The notes under the pieces were generated by a model. That model searched no databases, had not been told where the DNA came from, and was given only the letters and a program-made list of their open reading frames with translations. A stretch of 64,000 nucleotides of DNA from Myxococcota bacterium (lineage in GTDB: Bacteria > Myxococcota_A > UBA9160 > SZUA-336): positions 46,651 through 110,650 of the forward strand of contig CBDFGR010000001.1 of assembly GCA_965247115.1 (NCBI GenBank). Reading direction: 5' to 3'. Made by a program: the position numbers and the translations under genes. Shown here in pieces: positions 58,102-64,000 of the stretch (the stretch's first letter is position 1; each line of letters begins with the position of its first letter).

Positions 58102-58332
58102 ATGGCGCGTGTCACCATCGAAGACTGCCTGGAGCAGGCTCCCAATCGCTTCGCACTCGTGATCATGGCTGCGGTCCGGACCAAGCAGCTCATGCGGGGA
58201 GCACGGGTGTTGGTCCAGGGGAGCGAGAACCGCTCGGTCGTGACGTCGCTGCGCGAGGTCGCCGCCGGCTACGTCCAACCTGACGCCGAGCTGGACGCCG
58301 AGGCCGAGGAGCCGGCCACTCCGGAAGAGTAG
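58102..58332 (+). CDS. rpoZ: RNA polymerase omega subunit
   Basis: MARVTIEDCL, NRFALV, SLREVA; GGAGGA SD; TTGACT-N16-TACTGT at 58050..58077. Confidence 0.95.
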   Translation: MARVTIEDCLEQAPNRFALVIMAAVRTKQLMRGARVLVQGSENRSVVTSLREVAAGYVQPDAELDAEAEEPATPEE

Positions 58333-58348
58333 TCCCGAAGTCCCGAAG

Positions 58349-59575
58349 CTACAGGACGGTTACGGGCAGCGTGAAGCTGAAGCGAGAGCCCGTTCCGATC
58401 TCGCTTGAGAAGCTGATCGCCCCGCCCAGGCTCTCGACCAGTGCCTTGGCAAGCGTCAGACCGAGGCCCGCACCGCGGTGCTTGCTGTCGGGCGAATTGT
58501 CCACCAGGAAGAACTCGTCGAAGATCTCGGATTGATCGTCCGGGGCCACCCCGATCCCAGTGTCCGTCACGGCGCAGAGCAGCTGACCCTCCTCGAGCCG
58601 GAGCTCGAGCTCGATCGAGCCGCGATGCGTGAACTTCGCGGCGTTGTCCAGCAGGTGCCACAGGATCTGGTTCAGCTTGGCCAGGTCGGTGCGGACCTTC
58701 GGCAGGCTGGGGCCGACGCTCCTCTGAAGGGAAACTTCGGGATGGAGCGAGTCCCGAACATTGAACACGGCCTCTTCGACGATCTCTGCGAGGTTCACTT
58801 GCTGGAGCTCCACGCGAAGCTCGTTCTGCTTCACGCGCCACAGGTCCAGGATGTTCTGCAACGTGCGGAGGAGCGCGTTTCCGTCATCGAGGGCCCCGCG
58901 CAACGCCTCGCGTCCCGCCTCCGAGAGGTGCTCGTGCTCGGTTGCCAGGACGGAGATCACGCGTTCGATGATGCTGTTGAGCGGCGTACGCAGCTCGTAG
59001 CTCATCTTCTCGATCAGATCACTCTTCAGCTGCTCGACCTGTCCCAGCCGTTCCTCTTGCTTGATCAGTTCGAGGTCTTGCGCGAACAGCTGCTCCGACA
59101 GCCTCAGCACCTCATCCGACGGATCGCTGCTTTCGGGGGACTCCGTGATCGCGCAGTGGTCGAGGATGAGTGAGACCTGCCTCAGGATCGACTCGACCTC
59201 GGCGTTCCGCATGCGCGGCCACTCGGCGGGATAGCCAAGGATTGCAACACCCCGTGTTCGCCCGCAGTGGCTGAGTGGAAAGCCGAAGACGCCTCCCGCC
59301 GCCCGAGACCAGATGCGTCGCGGCTCATCCGGAGCTTCGGTTCGCAAGGGTCGGTCCGCGTACGTTGCTTCCTGGATGAACTCCGCCAGCAGAGAGCCCG
59401 CCGCCATCGCGTCGCTCGCACAGGTGAAGCCGGCCCAGCCGTCGGGCTCGGAGAGGTTCGCGCCCGAACGGTAGATCAGGGCGAAGCCCTGGAGCGTGCC
59501 TGCCAGGTGTCTCGCGCCCGCGGCGAGCGCAGAGTTGAGCGTCTCGGGAGTGGAGTAGAGCCCGAGGATCTCCAT
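58349..59575 (-). CDS. GAF-like + HisKA + HATPase protein with Tyr in place of the phosphoacceptor His
   Basis: H-box MSYELRTPLNSI; N-box LLDNAAKFT; DTGIG, IFDEF, GAGLGL; start placed at 59575 to avoid overlap with pilT. Confidence 0.88.
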   Translation of the reverse strand: MEILGLYSTPETLNSALAAGARHLAGTLQGFALIYRSGANLSEPDGWAGFTCASDAMAAGSLLAEFIQEATYADRPLRTEAPDEPRRIWSRAAGGVFGFPLSHCGRTRGVAILGYPAEWPRMRNAEVESILRQVSLILDHCAITESPESSDPSDEVLRLSEQLFAQDLELIKQEERLGQVEQLKSDLIEKMSYELRTPLNSIIERVISVLATEHEHLSEAGREALRGALDDGNALLRTLQNILDLWRVKQNELRVELQQVNLAEIVEEAVFNVRDSLHPEVSLQRSVGPSLPKVRTDLAKLNQILWHLLDNAAKFTHRGSIELELRLEEGQLLCAVTDTGIGVAPDDQSEIFDEFFLVDNSPDSKHRGAGLGLTLAKALVESLGGAISFSSEIGTGSRFSFTLPVTVL

Positions 59576-59586
59576 CGTATCGGCTC

Positions 59587-60717
59587 CTAGAACCGCGACC
59601 CGTCGCCGATGTTCAGCGATCCGTCGTCGGCCTCCACGGCTGCTTCTCCCTCGAGCGCCAGCTTCGTGGCGAAGTCGCGCGGGTTCGACGCGGCGTCGGA
59701 AGCCGTCTCGAGCGTGATCTTCGCAGCCTGGTACAGGCTCAGGAGATGCTGATCGAAGGTTTGCATCCCGAGATCGGACCCACCGGCGCTGATGTGGTCC
59801 GAGATCTCGACGGTGCGGTTCGGATCCCGAATGCACTCGCGAATGGAGCGCGTCGTGCGCATGACCTCGACGGCGGGTACGCGACTGTTGCCCTTCTTGT
59901 TCGGCAGCAGGCGCAGGGAGACGATCGCCTGAATGTTCTCGGAGAGCCGATCCCGAATCTGACTCTCCTCCTCCGCCGGGAAGAAGCTCAGGATCCGGCG
60001 CAGCGTCATTGCAACGTCGATCGTGTGGATCGACGAGAACACAGCGTGTCCCGTCTCAGACGCCTTCAGAGCGGTGTCTACCGTCTCTGCGTCGCGCATC
60101 TCGCCGACCATGATTACGTCGGGGTCCTGGCGGAGCGCAGCGCGTAGCGCGTCGGGGAAGCCCATGGTGTCGGTGCCGATCTCGCGTTGAGTGATGATTG
60201 CGAGCTCGGGCTTGAAGATGAACTCCACCGGATCCTCGATCGTCACGATCTTGCATTTCCGCGCTAGGTTGATCTCCTGCAGCATCGTGGCGAGGGTCGT
60301 CGACTTTCCCATCCCTGTGGCGCCGGTGACCAGGGTCAGTCCGCGAGGAATGGGTGCGATCTCGCGCAGCACGGTGGGCAGGTTGAGCTCTTCGAACGAC
60401 TTGATGCTGAGCGGGATGACCCGGAGTACGATGTTGTGCGCCCGACGCTCACGGCTGATGTTGACGCGGAATCGACCCTCTCCCGGCAGCTCGTACGCGA
60501 GATCCACCTCGCGCTGGCCATCGAGGTCCTGCCCGCTGCTCTCGACCAGGAGCCGCGCGATGCTCGCAGTGTCTTCTGGTGAGAGCACCTTGTACTTGAG
60601 CTCTACGAGCTCGCCATTGAAGCGGTACAGCGGCAGATAGCCGGCCTGGAAGTGGATGTCTGAGGCGCCCTTGTCGAAACCCAGGCGGAGCAGGCGATGG
60701 AGTCGCTCAAGGTCCAT
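59587..60717 (-). CDS. pilT: PilT/PilU-family type IV pilus ATPase
   Basis: ASDIHF, GATGMGKST, TIEDPVE, ALRQDPDVIMVGEMRD, GMQTFDQ; start could be 60741. Confidence 0.85.
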   Translation of the reverse strand: MDLERLHRLLRLGFDKGASDIHFQAGYLPLYRFNGELVELKYKVLSPEDTASIARLLVESSGQDLDGQREVDLAYELPGEGRFRVNISRERRAHNIVLRVIPLSIKSFEELNLPTVLREIAPIPRGLTLVTGATGMGKSTTLATMLQEINLARKCKIVTIEDPVEFIFKPELAIITQREIGTDTMGFPDALRAALRQDPDVIMVGEMRDAETVDTALKASETGHAVFSSIHTIDVAMTLRRILSFFPAEEESQIRDRLSENIQAIVSLRLLPNKKGNSRVPAVEVMRTTRSIRECIRDPNRTVEISDHISAGGSDLGMQTFDQHLLSLYQAAKITLETASDAASNPRDFATKLALEGEAAVEADDGSLNIGDGSRF

Positions 60718-60828
60718 GCAGAATTCCAGTTTCCGCATCAACAGATAGATGCGGTTCCTTCACCTTTCGGTATTCGAATCCTTGCGCTTGATGCGATCGG
60801 GCCGGGCGAGTCCTCTATACTTGAGCTC

Positions 60829-61299
60829 ATGAAAGTGGCGCTATTGACCGCGCTAGTCGTCTGTCTGACCCTGGCCGGCGGGAGTCAGGCTTTCGCGGAC
60901 GAGCTCCAGGAGGGCTCCGAGGCCCGTCCGGTCCCTAACCTGAATCTGGATCGGCTGCTAAGGCCGCGTTCCATGCCCACGGTGTACACGCAGTACGGTG
61001 GCAGGGGCCGCAGCGCCTGGGAGGCGGAGTTCGCACAGTCCCGCAGCGAAGTGGGAGAGCTCGAGCTCAAGGTGGCGGAAGCCAAGGTCAAGTATCGGGC
61101 AGCCTCCGGCGGCGAGTGGAGCTACTCGCCCATAGGGGGGGGCCAGGGCACCACGGCGACGGACCCCGAGGTGCTCAAGATCCGGGCCGAGATCAAGCGC
61201 GATCGGCAGTCCCTGGAGACCTCGCGAAAACGCCTTCGGGAGCTGGGAGTCGAGGCTTCCCTGGCCGGCGTCCCGGACGAGTGGACCCTGCCGAGATAG
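60829..61299 (+). CDS. secreted coiled-coil hypothetical protein
   Basis: signal peptide MKVALLTALVVCLTLAGGSQAFA, heptad repeats, C-terminal EASLAGVPDEW. Confidence 0.75.
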   Translation: MKVALLTALVVCLTLAGGSQAFADELQEGSEARPVPNLNLDRLLRPRSMPTVYTQYGGRGRSAWEAEFAQSRSEVGELELKVAEAKVKYRAASGGEWSYSPIGGGQGTTATDPEVLKIRAEIKRDRQSLETSRKRLRELGVEASLAGVPDEWTLPR

Positions 61300-61563
61300 G
61301 TCTTGTGGGACCCGGCCGCGGGCGGCCGCGGCCACCCACCTTCGCTCAGGCCTAGCGGCCTTCGCTGCGCGCGCCGCTTTGCGGCGCTTGCGGGGTGCCT
61401 TTGCGGCTGGCTTCAGGAGGTCGGGAACTGGGGTCCGCGGAGGCGCGCAGGGTAGTGCGCACTTGGCGGTTCGCTTTCGATGGGGCGGGCTCTGGTTCGC
61501 GGGGTTAGGGGTGGGGTTGCGTGTTTTCTGCGTTGGGTATCCAAACTGCAATGTTGCTGGGAC

Positions 61564-62471
61564 ATGGCAAGGGCCTGGCTACAACTCGTGCTGCTCGGAG
61601 CGCTCACCTTTGGGGTCGGCTGTCAGAGCTTTCGTGGGGATCCGGAGCTGGCGCTGCAGAGGCTCGACGGGGACACGCTCACAGCGGTGGTGGCCGAGCT
61701 CAAGGTGCACCTTGGCGAGGATCGCTATCGTTTCCACCGCGCCGTGACCGCAGACGGCCGCGACCTGATTGCGGTATTGCTCTGGAAGCTCGACCGCCTG
61801 CAGCAGCTTCGCTCTGTGCCGCGTCAGGACTGGCAGAACGTCGACCTCGTCATCGAGTTCGCGCGTGCTCGCGCGCTCGAGCGCCTGCGCCGCTACGAAG
61901 AGGCAGGAGCGGCGTTCGCACGCGTTGCGGCGAGCGGCTCCGTGCTCGCGGCCCCGTCCCAGGAGGCGGCAAGCGTGATGACGCGCTTTGTCGGCTCCGG
62001 GGGAGAGCTCGCGCAGACGCCTCTGCAGGAGATCGAGCGGATCCAGGCGCAGCTGCTGCGCTGGCGAGCGCTCTCGCGCGAGCTCGCGGAGACCGCCTAC
62101 GAACCGCTCGCGCTGGAGGAAGCGGAGCTCTGGGAGATGCTCCGCGTCGATTGGCTCCTGCGCCACAAGGGACAGGAGCACGCCGTCGAAAGCTGCATGA
62201 GGCTCATCGAGCAGAACCGCGATTCCAAGCTCTACTCCAGGCATCTTCTGCGCCTCGGTGATCTCTAGCCGACCTCGCCGGGAGCGTGTATCTGCACGCG
62301 CAGACTCGCTGGTCCGTCGATCTTGCAGAGTATGAGCTGCTGATCGATCGGGCTCTGGCGGCGTACGAGCTCGCAGCAGAAGATCGTCGTCCCGGTCTGC
62401 GCAGCGAGGCGAGCGCTCGGATCGAGGCACTGCTTGCCACGCACCGGGGAGCTGTTGCGTATGCCCGCTGA
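61564..62471 (+). pseudogene. TPR-like putative lipoprotein split by a 1-nt frameshift (or sequencing error)
   Basis: signal peptide ending GVG-C; stop TAG at 62266..62268; adding one base gives ...GDLYADLAGSVYLHAQ..., in frame with ORF 62286..62471. Confidence 0.65.
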
Positions 62472-64000
62472 TCGCGACCAGGTGATCCGCGTGGGGATCC
62501 GTCTCGTCCTCGTCGCGTTTGCCGCTGGCTTGCTCGTGCTGGCCCTCTCAAACAGCGCGTTCTCACGGGAGCTTCCGGAGTCCGTCGAGGAAGCGACGAA
62601 GCTGTTGCTTGCTCACGAGCCGGTGACTGCCGAAGCGCGGGTCGACGAGGCGCGCGAGATCCTGCGAGACGAGAGGCAGGAGCGACTGACACGGATGGGG
62701 AGCGCGCTCTTCGACCTGGGCTGGAGAGGGGCGACGCCGGGCTCGCCGAAGCGGGTGCTGGACTCGGGAAGACGTCTCGCGCGCGAGATCCGACACTGGA
62801 ACTCTCGCTCCTCTGCGGAAGACCGCGCACTTGCGCTGCTCGAGAGCGATGTCCGTGAACAGGCGAGCGACGATCGGGGCCGGGCGCTCTACACCCGATT
62901 GAAGTCACGTGAGGATGAGCAGCTAGTGTCTCGCTTCGTCCGCGAGGCCGAGGTTGCACTCTCTCGGGGCGAGCTCGACACTGCGCGGCGCCGGGTCGAC
63001 CGGATTGCAGCGTTGGAACCCGCGGAGCGAGGTCTCCCGGAGCTACGCCTGGCGCTCTTGGAGGCGGGCGAAAGCTCCGCCCCGCAGACGGTGGATCCTG
63101 TCGCGGGGATCGCGAGCTGGGAAGCCCCGCTCGCGGCCGCGCTGTTGACCGATGGATACGACGCCGTGCTCTCCTTTCCGGAGGCCCGAGCCGACGTAGA
63201 GCTCGCCCAGGCGGTGGCCGCCTTCCTTTCGGGGGACGGAGCAGGCGCTGTCGCCAGGCTGGAGCAGCTCGAGGACCGGGAGGGTCCACCCGCCGAGCTG
63301 GCCGCTGCCTGGCTTGCCAGCGAGAGCTTCAATCCCGAGGCAGCACTCGTGAGCTCGGCGCGACGCTTCCGCGTCCAGCGGGCACTCGGCTGGCTGGGTG
63401 GAGACGAGCTCGAGGACCACGGACTCTCGTTCTCGCGCGACGGCTACAAGGCCTGGCAGGCCGCGCTCTCGCCGCTCAACCTCGCCCTCGCTCTGCCGGC
63501 TCGGCTGATCAGTAGGCGCCGTCCAGAGTCCACCGACCTCCATGCCGCAGCGAGCGGGTACCTCGATCGCGTTCCCTTCGGGCCGAGTGCCAACGCGGCG
63601 AAGGCCTGGCTCGAACAGGGCAGTAGCGGCTTGGGGAGCCGCAACCAGCGCGCCTTCGACGATGGCCGCTTCGTCCTGCCACCCGCGACGACGCGCTACC
63701 GAGCGCACGACCCGTTGCGCCTCCTGGTGACGCCAGCGGGACTCGACGTTGTCAGCCGCGATCGCTTCACGCGCCTCGGCATCCGCATGGAGACCGACTC
63801 CGCACTGCTTCTCACGACGGTCAACGGCGAGGTCCCGAACACGGCCATCACTATTTCGCGTGACACAGCACTGCGTCTGGCTGCAGGGCTCGCACACGGG
63901 GTGGAGCAGGGCGCGTTGATACCGGTCGCAGGAGATGCGACGGCGCTACTCGAAGGGCTCCGGCGCCTGGACGGGGACCTGCGCCGCGGAGCGAACCTGG
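62461..64000 (+). CDS. large exported/membrane-anchored helical hypothetical protein, partial at window end
   Basis: ATG at 62461, MPADRDQVIRVGIRLVLVAFAAGLLVLALSNS...; frame appears open to the window edge; GC3-rich codons. Confidence 0.7.
   Translation, partial: MPADRDQVIRVGIRLVLVAFAAGLLVLALSNSAFSRELPESVEEATKLLLAHEPVTAEARVDEAREILRDERQERLTRMGSALFDLGWRGATPGSPKRVLDSGRRLAREIRHWNSRSSAEDRALALLESDVREQASDDRGRALYTRLKSREDEQLVSRFVREAEVALSRGELDTARRRVDRIAALEPAERGLPELRLALLEAGESSAPQTVDPVAGIASWEAPLAAALLTDGYDAVLSFPEARADVELAQAVAAFLSGDGAGAVARLEQLEDREGPPAELAAAWLASESFNPEAALVSSARRFRVQRALGWLGGDELEDHGLSFSRDGYKAWQAALSPLNLALALPARLISRRRPESTDLHAAASGYLDRVPFGPSANAAKAWLEQGSSGLGSRNQRAFDDGRFVLPPATTRYRAHDPLRLLVTPAGLDVVSRDRFTRLGIRMETDSALLLTTVNGEVPNTAITISRDTALRLAAGLAHGVEQGALIPVAGDATALLEGLRRLDGDLRRGANL

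Noticed and set aside
59576-59836. Extended N-terminus of the kinase given in the ORF track
   Set aside because: It overlaps pilT by about 250 nt; the ATG at 59575 with an upstream AGGAG is more plausible.
60958-61551. Minus-strand ORF with a basic KPAAKAPRKRRKAARAAKAAR stretch
   Set aside because: Overlaps a better-supported + strand gene, has atypical codons and no clear SD; likely a by-product of the G/T-skewed spacer.
62266-62268. TAG as a pyrrolysine or readthrough codon
   Set aside because: The plausible continuation is in a different frame, which indicates a frameshift rather than readthrough.

Overview
High-GC bacterial chromosome segment. Gene order and protein style suggest a delta-proteobacterial/Myxococcota-like lineage; this is inferred and was not checked against a database. 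From about 1.8 to 58.3 kb nearly everything is housekeeping and on the + strand: rlmB, a tRNA cluster (Thr-Tyr-Gly-Thr), tuf, tRNA-Trp, secE-nusG-rplKAJL-rpoBC, then the str, S10, spc and alpha ribosomal operons. These continue into tlpA-like, ftsB-like, argS, SPOR, rfbD, a UDP-sugar decarboxylase, lepAB, pyrRBC-carAB, recG, alaC-hom-thrC-glpX and ribE. A DUF222-like/HNH nuclease gene lies at the left edge. The most notable points are: (i) rplC (uL3) is absent from an otherwise complete S10 operon, and rplD is shortened at its N-terminus; (ii) a cluster of small nucleic-acid-binding genes at 56.3-58.3 kb holds a stand-alone KH protein behind a structured, SD-sequestering leader, a 30-aa bS22/mS38-like gene missed by the ORF track, a 100-aa protamine/H1-like KKATR-repeat protein with a long hairpin leader, and rpoZ; (iii) a PilT-family ATPase is apparently co-transcribed with a histidine-kinase-like protein whose phosphoacceptor His is replaced by Tyr, as in DivL; (iv) a PyrR box overlaps the pyrR ribosome-binding site; (v) the two near-identical tuf copies have an odd G-ending codon bias that switches near the 3' end. 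No CRISPR array, rRNA or IS transposase was seen.
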